Part shown: one piece after another, positions 1 to 14,489 of the stretch | Layout of the letters: each line of letters opens with the position of its first letter | How positions within the stretch are numbered: the first letter of the stretch is position 1 | Made by a program: the position numbers and the translations under genes | Assembly: GCF_009914755.1 (NCBI RefSeq) | Contig: NC_060934.1 | Source of the DNA: the human T2T-CHM13v2.0 reference genome, Homo sapiens | Direction: 5' to 3' (one strand) | DNA length: 64,000 bases | The notes under the pieces: generated by a model | The model's input: only the letters and a program-made list of their open reading frames with translations | Told to the model about the DNA's origin: nothing | The model's database searches: none

Positions 1-578
1 TTATACCATGCAAACCAGGGGAATACAAAACACTGTCAACCATGAAAATAAGATTTAATTTGGAATCACAACACATAGGGTTTTTTCCACTTTAAATTCT
101 TTTTATTCATTCATATTTGTTATAAATATTCAATAGAAATGCAGTTTTTCAAGACTGAAATGGTCTTTAATGAAGCAAGCCATGTGTGGCTTTTCAGGCG
201 AGCATTTTCATGCTTGGTTAACTGTAAGGATGTTCATGTTCCTTTCCCAAAAAATATGATTTGTGATTCTGCTTAGGTCTCTGAAAAGCAACTTATTCAC
301 TGGAGATGTGAGGAGCCATCCGCACATCACAATTCTATAGACATCAAACGCATGAAGCATTTCGGATCTGCTTTAAGACTGAGGCAGACTTTCCATCTGG
401 ACACAGCCGACCATCCATGTGTCATTACAATGAATCCAGCACTTCCCTGGAAGCTGGAAGGGTCAAATTCAACTTCAACTCTGCCACTTCCTGCTTAACT
501 TGCTGTTTAACCTTGGGCAAGCTGCCATCCCACACGAGGCCGAAGGTGTCGGTTTTTAAAATACAGAAATTTGGTTCC

Positions 579-791
579 ATGAGGGATTATCAATATACTG
601 CTGGTGGGCCAAATTCCATCTGCTACTTGCCTTTGTAAATAAAGTTTTATTGAAACACAAACATGCCCATTAGTTTACTCTTGTCTGTGACTACAAGGGC
701 AAAGTTGAATAGTTGTTACAGAGACCATCAGGCTCACAAAGCCTAGGTTATTTACTATCTGCCCATTTACAGAGTAAGTTTGCCAGCCCTG
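579..791. mobile_element. MER58A-like hAT-Charlie MITE (MIR remnant just upstream, ~455-560)
   Basis: gggccaaattcc...tgtaaataaagttttattgaaacaca...tatttactatctgcccatttacagag...tttgccagccctg resembles MER58A. Confidence 0.75.
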
Positions 792-2174
792 GACTGGATA
801 ATTTTTTGAGTTCTTTCTAATTCTAGAATTCTTTATATATTTTATGAAACCCCTAATGTTTATATATTAATTATTTCAATACCCGTGTCTTTACTGAGTC
901 CCTCCTATGAAGCATACATCAAGACATATGTGTGATACATTAACTAAACTTTTAACAGTATCTTAAATAGGATTTCAATGACTAACAGCTCTTGGAAATA
1001 TCCAAGGTAACATTTGGGGGCAAATGTCTTATGATTTGATTATCATTGGTAAATAGAGCATATCTTTTTTTCCACTAACAATGTTTAAGAAGTTAAAAAA
1101 AAATCAAGAAAACCCCGTATGGCACTAGAGACTTATTGCATTAAGACATCATCTTAACAGATTGTTTAGTTTTGGTAATATAATTTGACATCTAAACATA
1201 AGCTGAGAGGGATCTCCCTCAAAACCTTTGATAATATGATTCATTGTCAAATGTTTGTTTTGCCTATCTGGCACTCATTAATTAATTCTTTTTAATATAG
1301 CTTGGATTTACTGATTTTGAAAAAGAGAATTATTCTTATTGATGTTGCTAAAATATCCAGGTGGCTTGAATTTCACCAACTAGATAGTTTAATCTAGCAC
1401 ATTTGTGTAGCCCTAATCAAATCTTTACTAACAGATGTGAGAAGCCCAGTACTGGAGCTAATGTTTGTGTCTCAATGATAATTAAATTAGCTTAATAAGG
1501 AAAATAAATGAACAATAATCACCAAAATTTTTCCCTAAACCTGTGTTATAGTCTTAAAAACATTTTTTCCCCTATGGAGGCTTTTGGTAATAAAACACAA
1601 ATTGAGGGATTTTAATTAAAAGAAATTTTTTTTTCAAGAACTGGTCATGTACTAAATTGCTTATAATCAAATAATCAAGTAGCATTTCTTTTATTATAAG
1701 AGCAAAACCTATAATTAAGCCAAAATTCAAATTTGTTTTTAAAGGTTGAATAATCTTTTGTTTTGGCCAATAGTATGTGGATTTTTTTTTTAAGTATTAT
1801 CTCTTTGTAGTATTTTCTAATGGATAGGAAATGCCTTTCTCAGGTTGAATGATTATTTCCACATAGAATTAGTTCCTGCTTACAACAGTGCTCCACTAAT
1901 GTAATGGCTCGGTGAATTGGCTTTATAATTCATTAATCATAGCTCACATTGAGCTTTTGGCTCCAGGTGACAGTGCCCACCACAGGCCAAATAACTTCTC
2001 ATTTAAAGGCAATTTGTACAAATAGGGAAGGTGAGAATTCTCACAGTCCCAGAGGGATTGAAGAGTTTTAAAAAACCAAGATAAGGCATTTTATGGAAGA
2101 CAGGTTGATGGAAGAAAAGTGGCCATTGGAGGATGAGGCAGATGGCTTTCCAGGGAGGCCCTGGAGCTGCCACC

Positions 2175-2330
2175 ATGGGGAAGGCCATGTTGCAGCTGCT
2201 GATCAGAGCACATTGGACGGTGTTTCCGTGTGAACATGAAGACAATGCTGCCTCTGTTTCTGTGACGCTGTGCTCTGATCTTGCTGGAGGCGAAGTGGTG
2301 TCAGCTGTGCTTACAGGACAGTCAGTGGTG
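2175..2330 (+). CDS. CASC2: Putative CASC2a ORF, first coding segment (aa 1-52, MGKAMLQLLIRAHW...LTGQSVV); translation unproven
   Basis: GCCACCATGG Kozak context. Donor GTG|gtagaa at 2331 in phase 0. Joined to 8167-8319 it gives exactly 102 aa, the recalled CASC2a length. Confidence 0.6.
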
Positions 2331-2499
2331 GTAGAAAAGAGGCCAGTGTGACCTGTGAAGGACTGGGCCCCTCTCACTCAACCTGAGTGCCTGCAGTTGT
2401 GGCCACCTTTATTTGTGTATTCTACTGTATTTATTTATTTGCCTGGCTAATTAGCTCTGTGCCACATTCCTAAGCTAGATGTGTCCCTTCATGTAAGTG

Positions 2500-2652
2500 A
2501 GAGGGAGACAGAAAGAAAGACTGAGGTGGGGGGTAGGAGAAAGAGAGGAAAGCAAGCAAGAAGAAAGAGAAAGAGAGAAGAAGAAAGGAAGAGGAAAGAA
2601 AGAGAGAAAGAGAAAGAGAAGGAAGGAAGGAGAAAGAGAAGGAAAGAAGGAG
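2500..2652 (+). repeat. GA-rich low-complexity tract (pure purine ~2558-2652)
   Basis: Direct inspection. Confidence 0.9.
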
Positions 2653-3318
2653 CCTTCTAATTTTATTTCATTTCTCCAATAAATGTTCCTATATTAAGAC
2701 TTTAGACAAAGATTAGAAATATGATTTGACAGAAAGTGTATGGATGTGTTGTTCTATTGCATTGTAAGTAAAGTATCCATGGCAATATACAAATAATACA
2801 GCTCCTACCCCTATTCTCTGTTGTTACTTTCATGTGTTGTCTTAACTTTTTAAATTTCAAGATAATATTGCGCTTATTTATTTTTCCATGAGGAGGCCTA
2901 GGATTTAGCTTGATTAGAAAAGCTGTGGAAAATGAATGTGCTAATTACTTTAAATCAAATTGAAAATAAATTTTATCCTGTTTCATGCAAAACATAGTGT
3001 ATTTGACTGTTAGTTCATTCAACTAATAAAACCAATTATGTCTATAAGTGATTGGGCACTTAATAAGCCAGCCCCTGTCCTAATGCTTTCTTTATCTCAT
3101 ATAATTCACATCATGAAGCGATGGGAAGATCTCAAGTGACCCATTAGCCAGAAGAGGAAATCAAGCCTGCTATCAAGACTAATGCTGGGAGAATTTCTCC
3201 AGGGCACTTAGGTGAGGGTCTATGGTTAACTTTCCATGGCTATGGACCCCATCTCCACAAAGCACAAGCACTCAGGCAAGTTCACAGTGTTAGCATGAAA
3301 CACACTCTGGGGGCATGA

Positions 3319-3341
3319 TCACGTGACTCATAGTGAGTCAC
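3319..3341. promoter_or_regulatory. Composite E-box (TCACGTGAC) plus two AP-1 sites (TGACTCA, TGAGTCA)
   Basis: TCACGTGACTCATAGTGAGTCAC; motif match only. Confidence 0.4.
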
Positions 3342-3547
3342 TAGAAGTTGTGTTAACATGTCTGGTATACAAATTTAAACATGAATATTCCTTCAATCTG
3401 AGCAATTTATATAACTAATTAATTTAAAATATTTGAATTATTTGTATGGGAACAAGAGCTTCTGGCTTACAGAATTCCCAATGTATAGGGCAGAGCAATG
3501 CATTTAGAAGATGACATGAAGTATCAAAAGTATTGCAAACCAAATCA

Positions 3548-3925
3548 GTGGGACAATTGGGAAAAACTGAATAAGGTCTGTAGATTAGGTAACAGTGCTA
3601 TATTGATTCCAAGTTCCTGATTTTGATTTTTGTACTGCAGCTATGAAAGACAATGTCCTTATATGGGGGAACTACAACACTAAAATATTCAGGGGTAAAA
3701 GGATATAATGCATACAATTTATTCTCAGATGGTTCAAGAAAAAAAATGTACCCATTGATCTATTAGTCTTTTAAAAGAAGGAGAGTACGCTAAAGCTACT
3801 GTGGTAAAATGTGGACATTTTGGAAATTTGGATGAAGGGTATATGAAAGCTCTTTGTCTTATTTTTGCAGCTTTTTCATATGCCTGAAATTATTTCAAAA
3901 TTAAAATGTAATGATAAAAAAAAGA
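3548..3925 (+). mobile_element. Old L1M (L1MC4/5-like) 3' end fragment
   Basis: ttattctcagatggttcaagaaaaaaa...tggatgaagggtatatg...tttttgcagcttttt...gaaattatttcaaaattaaaa is typical of an L1MC 3' UTR. Confidence 0.7.
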
Positions 3926-4314
3926 AACTTTAAAATAAGCGAGGCTCTGGGCTGGCCTGATTTTGGAAGGCATAGTGCCAGAGGTATCAGTAAAATGCCA
4001 GGGTGTTTTGAGACTGCCATGGCAGAGAATGTTTCTCTCAACATGTTTGGAGTTTGGTTTCTGGAGGCCAACATGATCATTGACTCTTGATGGCTAAAAT
4101 ATTATTCATTTGCCAGCAATTTATTTGACTGGCTGCTGGAAAATGTTTCACTAAACAAGGAGTACCAACAACAACAAAAAAAGGCACACTACCTTTGCAT
4201 TAAATACTCCAAGTGTAATAATATGTGTCAACATGTATATTGTTTTCCTTATAGACAAGTGTTTTTGTATGCTGAATTTTCAGTTATCAATACCAAATAT
4301 TAAAATATTCCTAT

Positions 4315-4604
<290 letters not shown>

Positions 4605-5699
4605 ATATATATATTCCTATAAATGTAGATGGTTCACAAACACCCTGGATAATATTAAGAAGTACCTTCATGAGAGTATATTTTATACTCAAGGGGAGAT
4701 AACAGAAACAGGGAAAGTAACTTCAGAACTAAACTAAGAATATAGAAGAACCATAAAATTTAAGAACAAATAAGAATATGAGACTGGAAGAAGGTAATAT
4801 ATTTCAATTCTTAATGTATTGAGTGCTTAATGCTTTTTAAGGTTGCCCTCTGTGCTTGACACAGGATTTTCACTAGCACCAGTAAATTAAAAAAATAAAT
4901 AAATAAACAGAGGGAATTTAAATGTCAAATGTTTCTCCTGACTTTGCTTGGACATTAAGTACTTGACATTTAGGAAGTAGGAGAGGCCCTGGACTTAGTC
5001 TATGGACCCAAAGCCAGTTCTAGTTCCAGATCTGCAACATATGGGGAGTCACCAAATGGCTGCCCTTCTCCAGTTATGTTTCCCTATCTATAAAATGAGG
5101 AGGTTAGTGTACATTTATGATAACTTATGGCTATTACACTCTGACCAAAAACACTCTATGAGCTTCCCTTGTTAGACAGAGGACATAAATTCCAAGGGGG
5201 AACATTCAGATTATTCTGGAAGAGCAATTAAATGCAATTTTATTGCATGTAATATTGCTTGAAAATATTGAGCTTACAAGCTAGAACTCAGTTTTGGATT
5301 ATGTGGACAGTGTTGTTTTCATGAGTTTTTTTTTTTTAATAAGAGAAGTTGGCATGCAAGCAAATCATATATATTTTTTTCTTTCTAGGTTGAATGTTTA
5401 ACTAAAAGGTAACCCATTTATCTACATTTTAAAATAATTTTTTTTGTACTGGAGACATCCTTAGTGAGTTTGGTGGTTCCATCTCTTTTCCCTTCCTCCC
5501 AGGAAGAATTTATATCTGGAGAAGTCACCCAAATGTCAATCTTTTGCATGCTACTTTCAATATTTTTCCACCTGTACTATTATTTATTTAACTTTTTTTC
5601 ACACTGACTCATTTTTTTAAACTTTCAGTGCCTACCCCAACCTCATGCATACCAGTGGTATATGCATTTCACCCTTCGGGAAAATACGCCATAAGGGTT

Positions 5700-5890
5700 G
5701 GCAGTGATAATGAAACATTTCTAATTTGCCAAATGCTTCCACATATATTAGTTTATCTAATCCTTACAACCTCCAGTTTTACAGATGAGAAAATGGAGAC
5801 TGGAAGAGATTAAATGATTTGTTCTAATTACACAGCTAATTAGTGATTAACTAGAACTCATGTTCAAATCTTCTAATTCCACATCCCATT
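5700..5890 (-). mobile_element. MIR
   Basis: ttttacagatgagaaaatggagact...aaatgatttg...acacagctaattagtg is the MIR core. Confidence 0.75.
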
Positions 5891-8166
5891 ATCTCCTTGC
5901 CACATCAACAACATTATGGATTGTAAGGTTCATGTTTCTTTTCCCTTCTTGAAAGTATTTTCCATTTTGACTGTGTTCCCTATCCCTAGTTTTGGGGAAA
6001 TGGGGAATGTGTGGATTTCAAATAAAATATCCAGGGTTATATACTATATGTTTATCATATATTATTCTATAACTATGCTATATACTCTATGATAAGTAGT
6101 ATGTATTATATAATATATATTATTTGATTTAAAGACAGAAAGTTCTGATATCTTGGTTTGATTTTTGCTACCCAAACACTCACAAGCAGAAGAGTTGTTC
6201 TTTAGCTGTTATAAATTGAGCTTATTTCCTTGTGAATTCAAGCAAACATGAAATCCCCTGCTTTAGTGAAAGAAATCAGATAAGTTGCTGATTGGAATGA
6301 GCTACTCCGGTTTTCGTTTATTTATTTTTAGCGTTCATTGTCTCGGTTGGTGAGTGCATCTTGGTTGAAAGGAGTTAAAAATACAGTCAAAGAGATTTTC
6401 TTTCCTCCTTTCTTCCTGTGGATCATGACCTTTGCTTTTTTCAACTTCCTCAATTTAGATTCAGTAAATTGTCATAGAGTGCCACAACACCTGCTTCGGT
6501 ACTTGAGAAATTGACTTTTCCTGCAAATTACCCTGACCAGTGACCTTGTCTTGGCTACCAAAGAGTTTGGAGAAGGAGGGAGGCTGTATGTGTGGCCGTG
6601 CCCCAGCCCATGATTGGTATTTAGCTCTTTGAAGTTCAGTTATCTATTTAATGTACAGGCATTCTGAAACGAATGCCACATTATAATCATCAACCGGAAA
6701 ACCCAACTATCGCCTCTTAGAGAAATAACATTTGATCTTATGAGGGATAGACTGTGGTATAATTTAAGAGCTTCCAATGATAATTTTCTTAAAGAAGGGG
6801 ACATTTGGTAGATTTGTCTTTTTGCTGTGAGGGACTATCTCGGTTAGGTGTCAGTGTAATTATGTGAGAGTGATAGGACGGAGGATAGAGACAGTCAGCA
6901 GTCAGCGTTTGGTGTTTGGTGTCTTTCAAAGGTGCTTCTTTTGCAGGAAAATTTAAGATCCATGCCTCCTGCCACACAAGCATTGGAAGAGATCAAAGGC
7001 CACCCCTGGAAGCTCAAGAGGTAAAATTTTATTTTTATCCTCTAGCTTTGATTTTTGGCAGCTTACCGCATTTTTAAAAAAATTAATTGCTCTGTCCAGC
7101 CAGCAGGTGTTAGCCCTCAAGTGTGGGCCCAAGGGCCGGCTGCTGGGCAGGCAACTTAAAGGCCCCATAACTCACCACAACCTTGAGCTCCCTCAGATTG
7201 GTCCAGGAGAAAGTTCTAAAAGTACTTCAAGGCCAGATGACATGGGAACCTGTGTCCCTGTCAAATATCAAAGAAAAACAGTTAGACTGTAAAAATGTAA
7301 ACTTATAAAGCACGCACTTAATTTTGACAAGCTTTTAGTATCGAGTTGCAGATTTTAGGCAATAAGGCAGCTTAAGCTAAAATTGGCCGTAGGAAGCAGA
7401 ACCTGAAAGCTCATTTGGAATTATATGGGGAGACCCTGACTCATTTTTTTCCACATCTGTTCACTTTAATTTAGACAAGACGAAAAGTTTGATGCGCAAC
7501 TTAAGGAGTCAAATCTCCTTTTTTACCTGTGATTCTCAAAACTCCCAAGATTTTTCTTGCTTTTCATAACGTCGCATGAAGGTTAACTTTCATTTTGTAA
7601 TTGATTAGAACACTGTTAAAATAGTGTTTCAAAATTGTCATGCTGTAAATGAAAACACAAGGGTTGGGTTTTTTTCTTTTTTTCCTCTTTAAACATCTGA
7701 AAGAGCAGGGCTTCATAAAATACTTGACCTCATACTGAGTCAGCTTAGAATGTCTCTAGAAAGCCTTGTTTCATCAGGGCCATCTGTGCCCTGTACATGG
7801 ATGTGGAGTTATGAAAGTTATGGCACAGAGAACGTCCAACAGTCATTGTCGTGATGAAGAGACTGGTATTGAAGGATCTTGTATAGCTTTAGTTTGTCTC
7901 TGGGTGTATAGATGCCTTGTCGATGTGTCAGCTTGTTAGGTTACAACAAAGTACTAATGAGTTTGCAATAGTTGGTATGCCAGGCAGTTACTTTTAATTT
8001 ATCTCACCAATGACTGCTCTCTCATTTCAATCCATCAGGGAAGGACCAGGAGAGTCCATGGGGGGCATGGGCAAATATCAAAACCTACGTTTTCTACTAA
8101 GTAAATACCTCCGATTCACATCTCACTGGTTCTGGGGAAGCAGAGCGACCACTCTGTATAAAACAG

Positions 8167-8927
<761 letters not shown>

Positions 8928-8930
8928 TTA

Positions 8931-8936
8931 AATAAA
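8931..8936 (+). terminator. Candidate polyadenylation signal AATAAA
   Basis: Canonical hexamer downstream of the ORF stop and the Alu; T-rich downstream sequence. Confidence 0.45.
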
Positions 8937-10429
8937 TTGCTCTTTTTGGAATTTATACTCGTGCCTTATTCTCATTTTTTTAAAATGAAGAAGAAAATCC
9001 TCATGTCCATGTAGAAATTCCCATTTATTTATGTGGTTCCCTGGCCTGCCCCCTCCTCCCCCTGACTTCCTTACCCCAGCAGAGCCGAAGGCATTTTGAA
9101 TATAGAAACTGCGTGTCCCCTTGCAGTCAAGATGAACAAGAAAAGGAGGTGACGTAAAAGGGGAGAGAAAGCAATTAGTGTGGAATCCTAAACTCCAGAT
9201 TCTTCTCAGAAATTTTTATGGCTTTTCTTAGGCAGCCGAGGAGAGGCTGATTTACTTAGAGAAACTATTAAGCCTGGTGCAAATTAATTTTTGTTGGTCT
9301 ACATCTTCTTTTTTAATTTTGTCAATTGCAGCGCCTATTGTTGTGAAAAAATTAGTACCTTAAAGCTGTCTAAACATAAATCTCATCTTCAATTTGTTAG
9401 CATTCAGCTGTGGTAAGAATAATTAGATGAAGTGTTTTTTAAGTATTATTTACAAATATGCTTGCAAAAGAATGGTTGAAACAGGCATTTTCTTTAATGG
9501 GTTTAAAGACAGACAAATGAAATTAATCAGGAGAGTCTTGCCCTTCTTAATTTTATGGTTTGTGACTGGGGGAGAGCAGCTTGCCACATCTCTGATACAG
9601 AGCAGTACTATGTGAGCGCATTGCAGTGCCCTGCAGAGAAGGAAGAGGCGAATTAGGTCAGGATAAGATTTAGAATGCCTGTGGATCCCAGAGACAGCAT
9701 GGAAATGATCCAGGGGTCACGGGGGACCAGACACAGAGTCACATATATAACCCTGGATATAGATAAAGAAGTGAGGGGGTGGAGAGACATGCAGTACAAG
9801 ATTGTAAAACTCCAAGTTTGGAATAAAACATCTGAGTTAAGTGTAAAACCCTAACAGTGGGCAGTTCTGTTTCTACCAATGAGGAGTGGTGTGAGATACA
9901 TCAAAACAGAACCACAAAATTTACAGCAGGTTGAAAACCACCAGACAGGAGGAGGAACAGCAGTGGAGCAGTGCAGAGATGCAGGGCATAGGCTGGTTTA
10001 GGCTTCTCCAGAGACCAGGGAATGTCCCTCTTCCTGGGAGAGCCATTGCCAATGCAGATGTCAGAACTTGGGCAGAGGACACGATCACTTGTGCCAATTG
10101 GGTTAGCCTCTTCACCCTGATGTCCGCAGGTGGGCTTTGCCCATCTTTCCAATTAGTCCCACACACTTCCTCTCTGTTTTCTATGCTCCAGCCAAACTAG
10201 ACTGGTCCCTGTTCCCCCAAAACCAGACCGGCTGGAAAAAGCATCTTCCCACCCATCTCCAAGTGTACAAATTGTTCTAATGGCCACTCCTCGCACGAAG
10301 CCTTTTCTAAACTCCCTAGCCAGATTTTATCATTCATTTGAAATTCCCTCCCACACCATAACTTTGAAGCTTCCTTTACTTTTTGCCTTCTAGACCTTGC
10401 ATACCGAACATTTCCATGGCAAGAACTGA

Positions 10430-10605
10430 CTTGTGGCAAGTGCTTTGCATGTATTATTTAATTTTATTCCCCCAGCCATTATTCCTATCTTACAGATGAA
10501 GAAATTGAGGCACAGGGAAGTTAAGTAATTCTCTCCAAATAACACTGGTGAAATCAGCCAGGATTCAAACCATAAGCAAGTCAGCAAATGGCCGAGCTCT
10601 TAATC
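10430..10605 (-). mobile_element. MIR
   Basis: ttacagatgaagaaattgaggcacagggaagttaagtaa...ggattcaaacc. Confidence 0.8.
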
Positions 10606-10712
10606 ATAGCAACTTTACTATGTAAGAAATTGCCGTGACAAATTTGCAGCCTACCTTCTAATCGTGTGTGGAATACCCTGTGGCAGGCATCTTGAGTATC
10701 AACCTTCTCCTT

Positions 10713-11881
<1,169 letters not shown>

Positions 11882-12533
11882 CTTGCTTTTTAACTTTGGT
11901 GATCCCATTGAATCATTGTTAGTTGCCTTAATCTTCCTTCTCAAAGAAATAGGACAAACATTTATTGAAATAAAATTAAATTTCTACAAAAGCATCACAA
12001 GAAAATGGCTAGAGAGATTTTTCACTTAATTTAGATTTCATTTTTCACCTAATTTAGATTTTTCACTTAATTTTGACTTGAACTATGGAGCATGTGTCCT
12101 ATGTGAGACTCACTGTAGTGAAGCCTGGGATGGGACTCGACCAGTGTCTTTACTCTTCAGAGTAACCCAAACTGGGTACCACGAGAGGCCAGTGTGGCTG
12201 CCAGTGGGGAGTGATGTGGCCTGCATTTCAAGAACAAACAAACAGTGGTTTCAAAAACCTTGAACCCAAAAGTTATAGGTGTAAAGTGCCCCAGATTCAT
12301 GCTGGTTTGTAATCAGTTGCTTCTTCCCAGGGCAACTCTACCTGGTGCTATGGGCATGCATCAGCCTGGGTTAGCATTTCGCCCATATTTGACTCTCTGC
12401 CTAGGACGGTAAGAGCTTTGTACTTGTCTCCTCCCCTTTCCACTGTTTTCAGGGCAGCTGGGCCCTTCTCACTTACCTCTTCAGCACTTAGCATGATTCT
12501 TCCCACACAGTAGCCTCTCAAAAAACTTTGTTA

Positions 12534-12815
12534 GGCCGGGCGCGGTGGCTCACGCCTGTAATCCCAGCACTTTGGGAGGCCGAGGCAGGCAGATCACGAG
12601 GTCAGGAGATCGAGACCATCCTGGCTAACACGGTGAAACCCCGTCTCTACTAAAAAAATACAAAAAATTAGCCGGGAGTGGTGGTGGGCGCCTGTAATCC
12701 CAGCTACTTGGGAGGCTGAGGCAGGAGAATGGCATGAACCCAAGAGGCGGAGCTTGCCGTAAGCCGGGATAGCGCCACTGCAGTCCAGCTTGGGCGAAAG
12801 AGTGAGACTCCGTCT

Positions 12816-12864
<49 letters not shown>
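12534..12864 (+). mobile_element. Young AluY (AluYk11/12-like) with a 48-nt pure poly(A) tail
   Basis: GAGCTTGCCGTAAGCCGGGATAGCGCCACTGCAGTCCAGCTTGGGCGAAAGAG right arm; perfect TSD aaaactttgtta; many CpGs intact. Confidence 0.9.
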
Positions 12865-12866
<2 letters not shown>

Positions 12867-14013
12867 TTGTTAAATCAGATTTCCAGGAGGAAGGAAAAAA
12901 GATATTCCTCTTCTGTCCTGGAAAATATGTAATGCATTTGAGATGGAAGATATTTAGAATAAACATGCATCCTAGGGAACATCAAAAGGGAAGTTGTGGG
13001 CTGTGTCCAGCACAGTCCTGCCTGGCCACTCATCAGACAGGTGACAGGCCCTGAAACCCCTCTAGTCCTCAACATCCTCTCCTATAAAGTGAAAGTTTGT
13101 AAAATGTGGTCTCAAAGGGCATTCCTAGTTCTGAATGCTAAGACAAAACTAACCAACCTTTTTCTAATAGAATCTTACGTAAACTTTTCAGTTGGATGTG
13201 GGTTTTTTTTGTTTTGTTTTGTTTTGTTTTTACCATTTGAATTATTTAACTTTTCCCATCAAGCATAGGCAGCTGATGCCCCAAAGGATCTGAATCATGT
13301 TTACACAAACATGAAGCAAATTTTTATAATTTTGGGTAAATGTAGCTTTTCAAAATTGGGAAATATTTTCCTTTTGATGAGTAAAAAGATTTTTATTCTC
13401 AGTCCTGCATCATAAATTAGATGATGAGTATAATCCAGTGCAGAGATTCAGAAGATGCTCAGAGGATGTTGAATAATAGCTTTTCAATTACATCAGGGAA
13501 ATCCCCAGGGTTGAGAAAACTTGAACTTGGCTGAGTTTGGATTTTAGACATTTATTTGACCATACTTATTGTAAACAAATCAAGACGATGCAAATTAATT
13601 ATTCCCCTATGAAGTTTTGTTGTTTAAACAAAAAGGAAACATTTCTTTCTAAATAAATGACCTGTCACCACTTTGTACAAGTCTCTTCTTTGCAACCCAT
13701 CCTATACTCCGTTGCAGGATTCATCTTTCTAAAATACTTCCTTCTGTGAGTTACTTCTTCCCCCACTGACCATTAGGAGCTCTCCCTCCTTGCCAACTAA
13801 AGTCCTGGTCTCACCTGTCCTTTCTCTTGGGCCTTCTTTTTCACCATGTCCTTCTAAAGCCCTCTTATTAGTGGTGATCCTAGAGGCATTTCCATTCATT
13901 GTCCCTCAAAATAAAGTGGAGACCCACCGGCTTTTCCTCCTTTCTCCTCCTTGGCTGAAATCTCTTTCCCCTTCTACATCTCTGGCCTACTTCATAGGGC
14001 CAACTGAGTCCAA

Positions 14014-14489
14014 AAATAACTGAAGCAGTAGCATGTCTTTACCACCCACTTAGTAACTCCTCATCTTCTCATCTCTAGGTATGGCCTCCTCAACTGGATT
14101 GGAAGCTTCTTGAAGGCAGAGGCTGAGTCTTCTTGACCCCAGCAGTTGCCTTAGTCAGAGGTGATGGGCAACAGATAATTCCTGAGAATGAACAGGAAAG
14201 CCAGACCTTGACTTCGGTGGGGAAATGGTTTCTCCATGCCATAATGTCTTGGATCTGTTGAGCATTTCCCCATACCATTTCCCCAACTAGGCCAAGGTCT
14301 GGCTTTCCTATTCATTCTCAGGAATTACCTGTTGCCCATCACCTCTGAATAAGGCAACTTTTGGGGTCAAGAAGACTCATCCTCTGCCTTCAAGAAGCTT
14401 CCAATCCAGTTGAGGAGGCTAGACCTAGTGAAGAGAAGATGAGGAGGTGCTAAGTGGGTGCTAAAGACATGTTACCGCTTCAGTTATTT
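14014..14489. repeat. Long inverted repeat: arms 14014-14229 and 14274-14489, 44-nt spacer
   Basis: Manual alignment: 216 bp, no gaps, 19 mismatches (~91% identity). Confidence 0.95.

Larger units (their letters stand above)
278..2492 (+). ncRNA. CASC2: Probable long internal exon of lncRNA CASC2 (boundaries inferred)
   Basis: Candidate acceptor ttag|G at 276-278 (alternative ttttcag| at 197) and strong donor CAT|GTAAGT at 2493. Contains sequences I recall as widely used CASC2 qPCR primer sites (GCACATTGGACGGTGTTTCC 2208-2227; GTGACCTGTGAAGGACTGGG 2348-2367). Confidence 0.6.

Noticed and set aside
7736-7744. Isolated AP-1/ARE-like motifs (also ~7437, 26151, 31871, 44805, 58106)
   Set aside because: About eight such 7-mers are expected by chance in 64 kb.
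12014-12075. Short tandem repeat (agatttttcacttaattt-like, x3)
   Set aside because: Ordinary slippage repeat; no spacers, not CRISPR-like.
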